From NCBI GenBank assembly GCA_035687745.1, contig DASRVA010000023.1, forward strand, positions 12,060 through 76,059: 64,000 nt of DNA, written 5' to 3'. The notes beneath the pieces were generated by a model. The model had not been told where the DNA came from. It did no database searches and worked only from the letters and a program-made list of their open reading frames with translations. The DNA comes from Gemmatimonadota bacterium. Its GTDB lineage: Bacteria > Gemmatimonadota > Gemmatimonadetes > JACCXV01 > JAHWKZ01. The first letter of the stretch is position 1; the number at the start of each line of letters is the position of its first letter. Shown here piece by piece: positions 17,389-28,459 of the stretch. The translations under genes and the position numbers were made by a program.

Positions 17389-18327
17389 CTAGCGCAGGTC
17401 TTCGGCGCCCTCGGCCACCGACGCCGTCGGCGCCGGGGCGTTCGCGGCCAGCGTCCGGACGCGCGACTCGATCCACCGTGCGATGGCCGGATGGGGCAGG
17501 ATGGGCGTCCCGTCGTAGACGATCGGCAGCCCCTCGAGGTCGGCGGGGATCTTCTCCGCGCTGACGCGGCCCGAGCTGATCAGGATCGGCACGACGACGA
17601 CGTCCCTGCCCGACGCCGCGTGCTGGAGCTGGATCGTCTCGCGGATCCCCCGGACCGCCTCGGCGCGGACCGCCTCCGGGGCGTCGTCCCGGACCAGCCC
17701 CACCTTGACGTCGGCGAAGCCCGCCTCCTCGCGGACCCGCTCCGCCACATGCCGGAGGTTCTCCATCCAGGCGGCGTGATCCTCGGCGGAGTTGGGACCG
17801 TGCCCGACGAGAAAGAGCGACCGCTCCGCCGGGTCGTCGGCCAGCGCCAGGGCGCGGTCCGTGAGGACCCGCGCCAGCTCGGGGGAGTCGTCGAGCGCCG
17901 CCGCCAGCTCGACCGGCACGGCGACGTCGGGGCGCTCGATCCCGGCATGGTGCAGGTGCTCGATCATGATCGGCGACAGGGTGTCGGTCTCCCCCGCCAG
18001 CCACCGCATCTGCTCGTAGTGGCCGCTGTGGCTCGAGACGAAAAGGGGGACCACGACCACCCTGTCCGCCCCGGCCTCGACCAGCGCCCGGACGGCGTCC
18101 TGGAACCGCCGCTCGGCGGCCGCCGGCCCCATCAGGAACGCGACCTCGACCGGACCGGCCGTGTCGGCCTGTCGGGCGGTCTCCAGGACGGGCGCGTTCC
18201 ACTCCGGATTGGCGCCGTGGGCGACGACGAGCGTGCCAACCGTCTCCTGCGCGACCGCCGGCCACGCGCCCCCCAGAATCATCGACGCCGCGAGGCCCAG
18301 CCCGATCGTGAGCCCGGAGCGGGTCAC
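17389..18327 (-). CDS. Periplasmic CbiX/SirB-family chelatase-like protein (two CbiX repeats, signal peptide)
   Basis: Two repeated halves, each carrying a VAHGANP / VGHGPNS motif and VVVVP. N-terminal signal peptide. Confidence 0.7.
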   Translation of the reverse strand: MTRSGLTIGLGLAASMILGGAWPAVAQETVGTLVVAHGANPEWNAPVLETARQADTAGPVEVAFLMGPAAAERRFQDAVRALVEAGADRVVVVPLFVSSHSGHYEQMRWLAGETDTLSPIMIEHLHHAGIERPDVAVPVELAAALDDSPELARVLTDRALALADDPAERSLFLVGHGPNSAEDHAAWMENLRHVAERVREEAGFADVKVGLVRDDAPEAVRAEAVRGIRETIQLQHAASGRDVVVVPILISSGRVSAEKIPADLEGLPIVYDGTPILPHPAIARWIESRVRTLAANAPAPTASVAEGAEDLR

Positions 18328-20507
18328 GGCAGGTCCGCCCGAAAGGCGTACTCGAGCGCCACGATCAGGTGCCGGCCCGGCTCCATGCTCCCCCCGAACG
18401 GCTCGCTGTAGACCTTATCGGCCAGGTTCTCCAGGCGCGCCCGAAGCGTCAGCGGATAGCCCGCCACCGGCGCCAGATCGACCGAACCGTGGAGGTCGAC
18501 GACCCCGAAGCCGGCCGTCCGCAGGGTCCCCTCCGGAACCCGGTTCTGCTCCGCCACGAGCCTCGCGGTCGCCCCCGCGGCAAAGCGCCCGGCGGCGTCC
18601 TGCCACCCCGTCCCGACGACCAGCTTCACCGGCGGCACGAAGAGCGGACCGTCCTCGCTCAGGTTCCGGCCACGGTTCAGCGTGAACGACCCGAACGCGC
18701 TCCACGTCGAGCCCCAGCCCGCGGTGCGCGCCTCGACCGCCGCCTCGACGCCCTGGATCCGGGCGTCCCCGACGTTGTCGACCGTGGTCACGGGGCTCCC
18801 GCCGAAGGTGGAATCGCCCATGAACGTGGCCGGCACGAACGTGATGTAGTCGTCGATCCGGTTGTGGAAGTACGTCGCCGAGGCGGCCAGCCGGGACGTC
18901 CGCAGCTTGAGGCCCACGTCCAGGTTGAGGCTGGTCTCGTTGTCGAGGTCGGGATTGGGCACCGACAGACCCCCCTGGGATCCCGGACCGAAGAAGTACC
19001 GCTCGATCAGGTTCGGCGTCCGGAAGGCACGCCCCACGCCGGCCGTCAGGTGGACGCGCTCGTCGATCTCGTAGAGAACGCCGAGGCTCGCGCTCACGGC
19101 GTCCTCGGTGCGGCTCTCGGCGGGGATCCCCCCCTCCGGCCGCTCGAGGGGCTCGATCTGGATGTCGAACCGGTCGTAGCGGACGCCGGGAAGGAGGACC
19201 AGACGGCCGGCCCGCACCTCGTCCTGGAGGTAGACGCCGGCCCCCTGGAAGGTCCCGTCGGGCGTCGTCGGATCGTCGTCCACGGTGGTCTCAGTCATGC
19301 CCGGCGGACCCGGCGCCGTGGGCACGAACTGCTGGGTGGTCACCTCATGGCGTGTCTCTTCCACGTCGTCCCGGAATAGCTCGAACCCGTAGGTCAGGAA
19401 GTGGGTTCCGCCCAGCGCGGCGTCGGCCTGGAGGTCGAAGCCGACCGTCCGGACGTCGCTCCGGCGGCGGGTCTCGGCGTCGATCAGGAGCTGGAAGGGG
19501 CCCGCCGGAATGGCGGGCAGGTCGAGAAGGGTCGCGAAATCCTCCTCCTGGTCCTGCACGTAGAAGCCGGCCTTGAAGGAGGAGAGCGGTCCCGGACCTT
19601 CCCCCTCGTAGCGCAGGCTCACCTTGTCGCGGGTCGTGCGTGGAAAGAAGCCGGTGAACACGCCGGTCGCCCCGGGCACGCCGATGTCCTCGCCGCGAAA
19701 CGACTCGACGTCGAGGGAGAGCCGGGCGTCCGGGGCAGGCCGGACTTCCAGGGACGCGCTCACGTTGCGGGTCTCGGCGGCAGAATTGGCGATCACGCCG
19801 CGCGGCGACTCGAAGTCGTCGGCATCCCGGAGTCCGCCCTGCACCTGGAGGCTCACGGAAGGACTCGTCAGGTAGACCTCGAGCTGTCCCGAGCGTTGAT
19901 CCCCGGCCGAGCCGTAGCGGGGTCTCAGCCTTCCGCCGATCACGAGACCCTGCTCGGGGGCGGGAGGCTTCCGGGTCCGGATGTTGACGATGCCGCCCAG
20001 CGCGTCGGTCCCATAGAGGACGGACGCCGGCCCCCTGAGGACCTCGATCTCCTCGATCTCGCCGACGTCGACCAGCGACGGCTGGACGCCGCCGAAGTTG
20101 ACGGCCTCGCGGCTGTTGTTCATCCGCTGGCCGTCGACGAGGAGGAGGACCCGGTTCCCCGAGAGGCCTCGGACGACCGGAAGGCCGAGGAACGGCCCGG
20201 AGCCCTCGACCTCGAGCCCGGGCTCGAGAGCGAACAGGTCGCCCGGTCGTGCCGGCTGCTCGCGCTCGATCTCGCTCTCGCCGATCACCGACACCGGGGC
20301 CGGGACCTCGAACCCGCTCCGCTCGGTACGGGTCGCCGTCACCTGGATCTCCTCCATGATGAAGAGGGGCGCGCGCGCGGTCAGCTCGAGGCTGTCCGCG
20401 GGCTCGGCCTCCTGCGCGACCGCGGGATCCCCGATCGCGACCGTCATGACGAGGGCCGACGAAGCCACGATCGCCATCCGCCTGCGAGTCATGCGGAGCT
20501 TCTCCAT
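18324..20507 (-). CDS. TonB-dependent outer membrane receptor
   Basis: Signal peptide, plug-domain motifs (VLRGPASVLYGTDALGGIVNI), and a C-terminal beta-barrel ending in an aromatic residue. 4-nt overlap with the downstream cbiX-like gene. Confidence 0.85.
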   Translation of the reverse strand: MEKLRMTRRRMAIVASSALVMTVAIGDPAVAQEAEPADSLELTARAPLFIMEEIQVTATRTERSGFEVPAPVSVIGESEIEREQPARPGDLFALEPGLEVEGSGPFLGLPVVRGLSGNRVLLLVDGQRMNNSREAVNFGGVQPSLVDVGEIEEIEVLRGPASVLYGTDALGGIVNIRTRKPPAPEQGLVIGGRLRPRYGSAGDQRSGQLEVYLTSPSVSLQVQGGLRDADDFESPRGVIANSAAETRNVSASLEVRPAPDARLSLDVESFRGEDIGVPGATGVFTGFFPRTTRDKVSLRYEGEGPGPLSSFKAGFYVQDQEEDFATLLDLPAIPAGPFQLLIDAETRRRSDVRTVGFDLQADAALGGTHFLTYGFELFRDDVEETRHEVTTQQFVPTAPGPPGMTETTVDDDPTTPDGTFQGAGVYLQDEVRAGRLVLLPGVRYDRFDIQIEPLERPEGGIPAESRTEDAVSASLGVLYEIDERVHLTAGVGRAFRTPNLIERYFFGPGSQGGLSVPNPDLDNETSLNLDVGLKLRTSRLAASATYFHNRIDDYITFVPATFMGDSTFGGSPVTTVDNVGDARIQGVEAAVEARTAGWGSTWSAFGSFTLNRGRNLSEDGPLFVPPVKLVVGTGWQDAAGRFAAGATARLVAEQNRVPEGTLRTAGFGVVDLHGSVDLAPVAGYPLTLRARLENLADKVYSEPFGGSMEPGRHLIVALEYAFRADLP

Positions 20508-20556
20508 GTCGTATGTTCAGTAATGATTGCGAATTAGTTGAGACTGGGTCTCAAAG

Positions 20557-20584
20557 AGAATATCCCGGATAACGGACCTGTCAA
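20557..20584 (-). promoter_or_regulatory. Sigma70-like promoter for the TonB-receptor operon
   Basis: On the minus strand: -35 TTGACA, 16-nt spacer, -10 TATTCT, about 75 nt upstream of the receptor ATG. The leader contains the perfect palindrome GAGACccaGTCTC. Confidence 0.4.
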
Positions 20585-20711
20585 GTCCGCTTTGCGATCG
20601 GCGGTGCCGGCGGGCCGCTGACGCCCCACCCGTGCCGCGGTAAAATGGACGCCTGCGGGCGCCGGCTCCCTGCGGCCCCAGGCAAAGGATCCTTGCCGAA
20701 AGCGGTGAATC

Positions 20712-21554
20712 ATGGTGCAATGGAGATCGGGACGCCGAAGCACGAACGTCGAGGATCGGCGCGGCATGAGTCCCGGCATCGCCGTCGGCGGCGGCATGGG
20801 CTTCCTCGTGCTGCTCCTTGTCGTCTGGTGCCTCGGGGGCGACCCGCTGGCGCTCCTCCAGAACGCTCCCCAGGCGCCACCCACCCAGGAGGGGCCGGCG
20901 CCGGCGCCACCCGCGGCGGACGAGGATGCGCAGTTCGTGTCCGCGATCCTCGCCAGCACCGAGGACGCGTGGAGCGGGATCTTCACCGAGAACGGCACTT
21001 CCTACCCGCCACCGACCCTCGTCCTCTTCACCGACATGGTCCGTTCCGGATGCGGGACGGCGGGAGCGGCCACCGGGCCCTTCTACTGCCCGCTCGACCA
21101 GAAGGTGTACCTCGATCTGGGGTTCTTCCGCCAGCTCGCCCAGCTGGGCGGCCCCGGCGACTTCGCGGCGGCGTACGTGGTCGGCCACGAGGTGGGACAC
21201 CACGTCCAGAACGTGGTCGGAACGGCCGAGGAGGTGCGCGCCCTCCAGCAGCGGACCCCGGGCGCCGCCAACGACCTCTCGGTCCGCCTGGAGCTCCAGG
21301 CCGACTGCTACGCGGGCGTCTGGGCGCACCGCACCCACCAGGATCGGGGAGGGCAGTTCCTGGAGGCCGGGGACGTCGAGGAGGGCCTGGCGGCCGCCGC
21401 CGCGATCGGCGACGATCGGCTCCAGCGGCACGCGGGGCGGGCGGTGTCCCCGGAGTCGTTCACCCACGGTACGTCCGAGCAGCGGCAGTCATGGCTCCGG
21501 CGGGGCCTCGAGTCCGGCGATGTCGACGCCTGCGACACGTTCCAGGGGGTCTGA
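20712..21554 (+). CDS. ypfJ: YpfJ-family putative neutral zinc metallopeptidase
   Basis: Collinear with E. coli YpfJ: the N-terminus MVQWRSGRRSTNVEDRRG matches MRWQGRRESDNVEDRR, and the HEVGHHVQ motif and ELQADC are present. Confidence 0.85.
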   Translation: MVQWRSGRRSTNVEDRRGMSPGIAVGGGMGFLVLLLVVWCLGGDPLALLQNAPQAPPTQEGPAPAPPAADEDAQFVSAILASTEDAWSGIFTENGTSYPPPTLVLFTDMVRSGCGTAGAATGPFYCPLDQKVYLDLGFFRQLAQLGGPGDFAAAYVVGHEVGHHVQNVVGTAEEVRALQQRTPGAANDLSVRLELQADCYAGVWAHRTHQDRGGQFLEAGDVEEGLAAAAAIGDDRLQRHAGRAVSPESFTHGTSEQRQSWLRRGLESGDVDACDTFQGV

Positions 21555-21730
21555 CGGGCGCTTCCGGCGTGGCGTCGACCCTTTGACGCTTCGCCTCGGG
21601 CGATCCACCGGGGTGGTTTCTCCGTGCGCGAAGGAGAGGCTCCGGCGCGGATCGTGCGGCGACTGGACCTCGGCTTGTTCTCGAGATCCATGGATGGTAC
21701 GATGGGCGATCGTAGCGAGGAGGTTCCCGG

Positions 21731-22321
21731 ATGACCCGCGACCCTATCCCTCCTGAAGGCACCCTTCTCACGATCGAGGAGTTCGAGCACCTCCCCGATG
21801 ACGGGTGGCGATGCGAGCTGGTGCGTGGAGTGGTCGTACGGGAGCCCCCCGCCGGCTTCGAGCATGGCCGTCTGGCCAACAGGATCCTCTATATTCTGAC
21901 CGCCTTCGCTGAGAAGCATGGTCTGGGCGAGGTTCTCGCCTCCGAAACCGGGTTCGTGCTCTTCGAGGAGCCGCCGACCGTCCGGGCACCGGACGCTGCC
22001 TTCGTGGCCGAGGGCCGCGTTTCATCTCCGGCACCCCCCGGCTTCGGCCGTCTCGCGCCCGATCTGGCGGTGGAGGTCGTGTCTCCCTCGAATACGATCG
22101 CGCAGATCCACTCCAAGGTGCTCGATTACCTGGATGCGGGCTCGCGCCTCGTGTGGGTGGTGGATCCGGCTACCCGTACCGTGATTGTGTACCGTTCGCG
22201 GAACGAGATCCGGCTGCTCACCGGGTACGAGGAGCTGGATGGCGGGGAGGTGCTGCCTGGATTTCGGGTCGACCTGCCGGCGATCTTCGGCCCAAAGAAG
22301 GCCGAAGATCGCCAGGTGTGA
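21731..22321 (+). CDS. Uma2-family (DUF820) PD-(D/E)XK endonuclease-like protein
   Basis: Typical Uma2 architecture (EEFEHLPDDGWRCELVRGVVV...PDLAVEVVSPSN). Confidence 0.8.
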   Translation: MTRDPIPPEGTLLTIEEFEHLPDDGWRCELVRGVVVREPPAGFEHGRLANRILYILTAFAEKHGLGEVLASETGFVLFEEPPTVRAPDAAFVAEGRVSSPAPPGFGRLAPDLAVEVVSPSNTIAQIHSKVLDYLDAGSRLVWVVDPATRTVIVYRSRNEIRLLTGYEELDGGEVLPGFRVDLPAIFGPKKAEDRQV

Positions 22322-22492
22322 ACGTCGCCCGGACTTTTGCCCCTGCTTCACTACTGTTTGCCGTCCAACTGCGTGCGGATCGCTTGCCCTCCGGCTCTAT
22401 TCGCTTGATGGCCGAGGTCGTCTGAAGTCAGAAGTTCCTTTCGCTAATGGGCAATCCCACAGCGACCGCGCTACGCTATCGAATTGATCAGC

Positions 22493-23041
22493 CTACTGCG
22501 GCAGCTCGTCCCTGTGGGTCGCGGGATCGAACCCGGTCGGCGGGGGTGCCGCCTCGGGGATGTCGGCGGTCATCTCGTCGAACTCGATCCGCTCGCCCAT
22601 GAGCCCGCTCCCCGACCTGCGATAGGCCCGGATCGCCTCGTCGAGCGCGTTCCACCCGAGGAGCGCGCACTTGATCCGGACGGGGAGCTTGGCCACGCCC
22701 TGGAGCGCCTGTAGATCGCCGAGCGCGCGATCCCGCTGCGCTCCTTCGTCCCCGTGCATGAGGTCGAGGAAGCGCCGCTCGAGCGCGAGCGCATCATCGA
22801 GCGAGCGGCCCGCCAGGGCCTCGGTCATCATCGACGCCGACGCCTGGCTGATCGAGCAACCCTGCCCCCTGAAACGGATCTCGGCGACCCGGTCCTCCTC
22901 GATGCCGAGCATGAGCTCGATTTCATCTCCGCAAAGGGGGTTCCGCATGGAGACCGTGACCGTCGGGTCCTCGAGTGCGCCCTTGTTCTTAGGCCGGCGG
23001 TAGTGGTCGAGGATTAGCTCCCTGAAGATCGACTCGAGCAT
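22493..23041 (-). CDS. sufU: SUF system Fe-S cluster scaffold protein SufU/NifU-like
   Basis: Motifs NPLCGDEIEL and GQGCSISQASASMM. 1-nt stop/start overlap (TGATG) with sufS. Confidence 0.85.
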   Translation of the reverse strand: MLESIFRELILDHYRRPKNKGALEDPTVTVSMRNPLCGDEIELMLGIEEDRVAEIRFRGQGCSISQASASMMTEALAGRSLDDALALERRFLDLMHGDEGAQRDRALGDLQALQGVAKLPVRIKCALLGWNALDEAIRAYRRSGSGLMGERIEFDEMTADIPEAAPPPTGFDPATHRDELPQ

Positions 23042-24345
23042 CAGCCGACCCCGAAGATCTCCTCCGCCCGGTGGAGACCCCGGACGAGCGCCTCGAGATC
23101 GTCCGCGTCGTTGTAAAGGTAGAACGACGCCCGCGCCGTGGCGGCCACCCCCAGGCGCCTCATGAGCGGCTGGCAGCAGTGGTGGCCGGCCCGGACGGCG
23201 ACCCCCTCGTGGTCGAGGATCGTCGCCAGGTCGTGGGGATGGATGTCGGCCAGCGTGAAGGAGACGACGCCGGCCCGCGGAGTAGCCGGATCCGGGCCGT
23301 GGAGGCGGATCCGCGGGAACTCGTCGGCCAGGCGCGCGAGCGCGAGCTCGGCCATCCTGCGCTCGTGGGCGTGGATCCGGTCACGGCCGACCTCGTCCAG
23401 GAAGTCGGCCGCCGCCGCCAGGCCGATCGCGCCCGCGATGTGCGGCGTTCCGGCCTCGAACCGATAGGGGACCCGCGCGTAGGTCGAGCGCTCGATCCGG
23501 ACCTCCTCGATCATCTCGCCGCCCCCCTGGTAGGGGGGCATCGCGTCCAGCAGCTCCTTGCGCGCCCACAGGACGCCGATCCCGGTAGGGCCGCACATCT
23601 TGTGGCCGCTGAAGGCGTAGAAGTCGCAGCCGATCGCGCGCACGTCGAATGGCATCTGGGGCGCGGCCTGGGCGCCGTCGACGAGATATCGGGCCCCGGC
23701 GCCCCTGGCCCGGCGCGCGATCTCCGCGACCGGGTGAAGCGTGCCGAGCGCGTTCGAGACGTGACCGGTCGCGACCAGCCGGACACGGCCCTCGGCCAGC
23801 CGGCGGTCCAGGTCTTCCAGGTCCAGCTCGCCCTGGTCGGTCATGCCGACGGCCTCGATCCCGGCTCCGGTCGCCTCGCAGGCGAGCTGCCACGGCACCA
23901 GGTTCGAGTGGTGCTCCATCTCGGTCACGAGGACGATGTCACCCGGCCCCAGGTTGGCGCGTCCCCACGACGCGGCCACCAGGTTGATCGACTCGGTGGT
24001 CGAGCGCGTGAAGACGATCTCGTCCGCCCGCCCCGCTCCCGCGAACCGCGCCATCCGCCGGCGCGCCTCCTCGTAGCGGTCGGTCGCCCGCACCGCGAGC
24101 GTGTGGGCGCCCCGGTGGACGTTGGCGTGGTCGCGCAGGTAGTAGTCCCTTACCGCGTCGATCACGGCATCCGGCTTCTGGGACGAGGCCGCGCTGTCCA
24201 GGTAGGCGAGCCGGTGGCCGTGGACCTCCTGGTCCAGCACCGGGAACCGGCGCCGGATGGCGGCCGTGTCGAGCGGCGGGGCTTGTCCCGCTTCGACCAC
24301 GGTCGTGGCGTTGGTGGAGCCGGCTTCCTGGATTCTGTCGCTCAT
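23041..24345 (-). CDS. sufS: Cysteine desulfurase SufS
   Basis: PLP-lysine motif FSGHKMCGPTGIGVL and RAGHHCCQPLM. ATG at 24345 with GAGGG upstream. Track ORF 23041..24531 is N-terminally over-extended. Confidence 0.85.
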   Translation of the reverse strand: MSDRIQEAGSTNATTVVEAGQAPPLDTAAIRRRFPVLDQEVHGHRLAYLDSAASSQKPDAVIDAVRDYYLRDHANVHRGAHTLAVRATDRYEEARRRMARFAGAGRADEIVFTRSTTESINLVAASWGRANLGPGDIVLVTEMEHHSNLVPWQLACEATGAGIEAVGMTDQGELDLEDLDRRLAEGRVRLVATGHVSNALGTLHPVAEIARRARGAGARYLVDGAQAAPQMPFDVRAIGCDFYAFSGHKMCGPTGIGVLWARKELLDAMPPYQGGGEMIEEVRIERSTYARVPYRFEAGTPHIAGAIGLAAAADFLDEVGRDRIHAHERRMAELALARLADEFPRIRLHGPDPATPRAGVVSFTLADIHPHDLATILDHEGVAVRAGHHCCQPLMRRLGVAATARASFYLYNDADDLEALVRGLHRAEEIFGVG

Positions 24346-24374
24346 CCGCGCACGCGAGCCCTCGGCCGCCCCGG

Positions 24375-24716
24375 TCACTCCGGCGGCATGTCGAGGGTGT
24401 CGGGGTCGGGGACGGCGACCCAGACCTCGCCGTCGCGGACCTCGAGCGGGAACATGGGGAGCGGCTTGGTGGCAGGGAGCGTCTTCACCTCGCCTGTTCG
24501 CAGGTCGAACGATGCGCCGTGGAAGTCGCACGTCAGCCGCTCGCCCATCAGAAACCCCTGAGTGAGCTGGTACTGCTGGTGGGTGCAGCAGTCGTGGAAG
24601 GCGTAGAAGCTTCCGTCCACGTGGGCGATCCCGACCAGGACGCCGTTGACCTCGAACGCCTCCATCTCGCCGTCGGGGATGGCGTCCGTCGTCGTCAGCT
24701 TCACGAACTCGGCCAT
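24375..24716 (-). CDS. Rieske [2Fe-2S] ferredoxin-like protein embedded in the suf operon
   Basis: Rieske motifs CTHQ and CDFHG. Confidence 0.85.
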   Translation of the reverse strand: MAEFVKLTTTDAIPDGEMEAFEVNGVLVGIAHVDGSFYAFHDCCTHQQYQLTQGFLMGERLTCDFHGASFDLRTGEVKTLPATKPLPMFPLEVRDGEVWVAVPDPDTLDMPPE

Positions 24717-24717
24717 G

Positions 24718-26109
24718 TCACCCGAGCTTCTTCTGGATCACGCGGCTCAGCCGCTCGTGAAGCCACTCCACCTCGAGCCGCGACAGGACCTCCTCGAAGA
24801 AGCCGCTCACGATGAGCTTCTCGGCCTGCTGGCGGGTCAGCCCGCGGCTCATCAGGTAGAAGATCTGCCGCTCGTCCTGCTGGCCGATCGTGGCCCCGTG
24901 CGAGCAGCGCACGTCGTCGGCCTCGATCTCCAGGTTGGGAAGCGAATCGGCGTGCGCGTCCTCGGAGAGGATCAGGTTCCGGTTCGTCTGGTAGGCGTCG
25001 GTGCCCTGGGCGCCCGGGAGAACGCGGATCATGCCACGGAAGACCGACCGGGCGCGGTCCTTGAGGGCCCCCTTGTAGAGCAGGTCCGACCCGGCGTGCG
25101 GGGCCTGGTGGAGCTGATACGTGTAGTGGTCGAAGTGCTGGTTGGAGTCGCCGAGGTAGAGTCCCAGCATCTCCGAGTGGGCGCCCTCACCCTGGAGATC
25201 CGTCTCGACGTCCGACCGCGCCACCCGCGCCCCGAGCGTCACCAGGAACGACTGGATCTGGGCGTCCTTGTGCGCGAATACGCGGGCCGCCTGGTAATGG
25301 AACACGTGCCGGCCCCACTCCTGGACGATCGCGTACCGCACGTTGGCGCCTTCCTCGGCCACGATCTCCGTCACCCCGCAGTTCATCGCCCACCCCTCGA
25401 CGGCCCGGGCGGGGGACCGGCATTCCTCGACGTACGTCACCTTGCTCTGCGGGCCCGCGATCAGGAGCGTGTGCGGGAAGACGGCGGCTCCTTCAAGGTC
25501 GAGCCAGCGGAAGGTCGAGAGCGGTAGCTCCACCTCGACTCCGGCCGGGACGTACACGACCGTCCCGCCCGAGACGAACGCGCCATGGAGCGCCGCCAGC
25601 TTGCCGAACTCCGGGGTCACGGCCGAGGTCATGAAATACTTGCGAAGAAGGTCGGGGTGCTCGCGGACGGCGGTCTCGAAGTCGAGGAACAGAACCCCCC
25701 TCGCGGTCAGTTCGTCCGCCACCCGCCGGTGGACCTGGACGCCGTTGACCTGGATCCCGAAGGCGGCCGACCCGCCCTCCTCGCTCACGGCCTCGCGAAG
25801 CTCCTCCGGCAGCCGCGCCGGATCCTCGACTCCAGCCGGCCGCTCCGGCAGGTGCATCATGAGCTCCTGCCAGGGGATCTTCGAGAGGTCGGTGTAGCGC
25901 CACTCCTCGGTCTTGGTCGTGGGCGTCGGGGTCTCCTGGTACACCTCCCAGGCCCGCCGCCGGCGCTCGGCCATCCAGTCCGGCTCGCCGCGGTCCCGGA
26001 CGATCGCCTCGACGGTCTCGGGGCCGACCTCCCCCCGGACGGACGGCGCCGTGTCGATGTCCCTCGTCAACGTCTCGCTCACTCCTCCTCCTCGGACATG
26101 TCGATCCAT
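24718..26109 (-). CDS. sufD: Fe-S cluster assembly protein SufD
   Basis: SufB/SufD-family C-terminal beta-helix region. The ATG at 26109 is chosen here. An alternative GTG at 26082 has the strong SD GGAGGAGGA. Track ORF 24718..26901 extends into sufB and is not used. Confidence 0.75.
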   Translation of the reverse strand: MDRHVRGGGVSETLTRDIDTAPSVRGEVGPETVEAIVRDRGEPDWMAERRRRAWEVYQETPTPTTKTEEWRYTDLSKIPWQELMMHLPERPAGVEDPARLPEELREAVSEEGGSAAFGIQVNGVQVHRRVADELTARGVLFLDFETAVREHPDLLRKYFMTSAVTPEFGKLAALHGAFVSGGTVVYVPAGVEVELPLSTFRWLDLEGAAVFPHTLLIAGPQSKVTYVEECRSPARAVEGWAMNCGVTEIVAEEGANVRYAIVQEWGRHVFHYQAARVFAHKDAQIQSFLVTLGARVARSDVETDLQGEGAHSEMLGLYLGDSNQHFDHYTYQLHQAPHAGSDLLYKGALKDRARSVFRGMIRVLPGAQGTDAYQTNRNLILSEDAHADSLPNLEIEADDVRCSHGATIGQQDERQIFYLMSRGLTRQQAEKLIVSGFFEEVLSRLEVEWLHERLSRVIQKKLG

Positions 26110-26192
26110 GGATCTGTCTCGGGAAACCCGGGCACGGAGCCGGACCGCAGCGCTCGACCCCGAGCGGCCTCCGACCTCGTCGGAAAGGCGGA

Positions 26193-27602
26193 TCAGCCGA
26201 CCGACCCCTCCATCTCGAGCTCGACCAGCCGGTTCAGCTCGACCGCGTACTCGAGCGGGAGGTTCTTCGAGATCGGCTCGATGAAGCCGCGCACGACCAT
26301 CGTCCGCGCCTCGTCCTTGCCGAGCCCGCGCTGCATCAGGTAGAAGAGCTGCTCGTCGCCGATCTTCGAAACCGTCGCCTCGTGACCGATCGAGGCGTCG
26401 TTCTCGTCGATCTCGATGTACGGATATGTGTCCGTGCGGGCCTCCTCGTCCAGCAGCAGGGCGTCGCACTCCACGTTCGACGACGCGTGGTGGGCGCCCT
26501 TCTCGACCTTGACCAGGCCGCGGTAGGAGCTGCGCCCCCCGCCCTTGGAGATCGACTTGGAGACGATCTCGCTGCTCGTGTACGGGGCGGCGTGGATCAT
26601 CTTGCCCCCGGCGTCCTGGTGCTGGCCGGCGCCGGCGTAGGCGATCGACATGATCTCGCCCGAAGCGCCGCGGCCCATCAGATAGCAGGACGGGTACTTC
26701 ATGGTCACCTTGGAGCCCAGGTTGCCGTCCAGCCACGCCATCCGGGCGTCCTCCTCGACCCGCGCGCGCTGGGTCACCAGGTTGTACATGTTGTTGGACC
26801 AGTTCTGGATCGTCGTGTAGCGCACGTTGGCGCCCCGGCTGACGATGATCTCGATGACGCCGGAATGGAACGAGTCGGTGGAGTAGGTCGGCGCCGTACA
26901 CCCCTCGATGTAGTGGAGCTTCGCCCCCTCGTCGGCGATGATAAGCGTCCGCTCGAACTGCCCCAGCTTCTCCGAGTTGACCCGGAAGTACGCCTGGAGG
27001 GGGATGTCGACCTCGACGCCCGGCGGCACGTAGATGAACGACCCGCCCGACCAGACGGCCGAGTTGAGCGCCGCGTACTTGTTGTCATGGGGCGGGATCA
27101 CGGTGGCGAAGTACTTCCGGAAGAGATCAGGGTGGTTCTTGAGGCCGTCCTCGATCGAGTCGAAGATCACGCCCTTGTCGGCCAGCTCGTCCTTGATCTT
27201 GTGGTACACCATCTCGGACTCGTACTGGGCGCCCACGCCGGCCAGCGACTTGCGCTCGGCCTCCGGGATTCCGAGCCGGTCGAAGGTGCGCTTGATGTCT
27301 TCCGGGACTTCGTCCCACGAACGGCCCTCGCCCTCGGAGGGCTTCACATAGAAGTAGATTTCGTCCATGTTCAGGCCCGAGAGGTCAGCACCCCACGTCG
27401 GTACCGGCTTCCGCTCGTAGATCTCGAGCGCCTTCAGGCGGAACTTGAGCATCCACTCGGGCTCCTCCTTCATCGCCGAGATCTGCTCCACGACACCCTT
27501 CGAAAGACCCTTCTCCGCCTTGAAGACGTACTTCTCCGGGTCCTTGAACCCATACTTGTACTCGTCCAGGTTGAGTGCCGCTACGGTCTGGTCGTATGGC
27601 AT
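26193..27602 (-). CDS. sufB: Fe-S cluster assembly protein SufB
   Basis: Highly conserved SufB sequence ([22 protein letters not shown]...). ATG at 27602. Confidence 0.9.
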   Translation of the reverse strand: MPYDQTVAALNLDEYKYGFKDPEKYVFKAEKGLSKGVVEQISAMKEEPEWMLKFRLKALEIYERKPVPTWGADLSGLNMDEIYFYVKPSEGEGRSWDEVPEDIKRTFDRLGIPEAERKSLAGVGAQYESEMVYHKIKDELADKGVIFDSIEDGLKNHPDLFRKYFATVIPPHDNKYAALNSAVWSGGSFIYVPPGVEVDIPLQAYFRVNSEKLGQFERTLIIADEGAKLHYIEGCTAPTYSTDSFHSGVIEIIVSRGANVRYTTIQNWSNNMYNLVTQRARVEEDARMAWLDGNLGSKVTMKYPSCYLMGRGASGEIMSIAYAGAGQHQDAGGKMIHAAPYTSSEIVSKSISKGGGRSSYRGLVKVEKGAHHASSNVECDALLLDEEARTDTYPYIEIDENDASIGHEATVSKIGDEQLFYLMQRGLGKDEARTMVVRGFIEPISKNLPLEYAVELNRLVELEMEGSVG

Positions 27603-27618
27603 CGCTCGTCTCCTTCCG

Positions 27619-28425
<807 letters not shown>

Positions 28426-28459
28426 GGAATCGGTTCGTCGAATCCGGTCGTAGCGTCTC

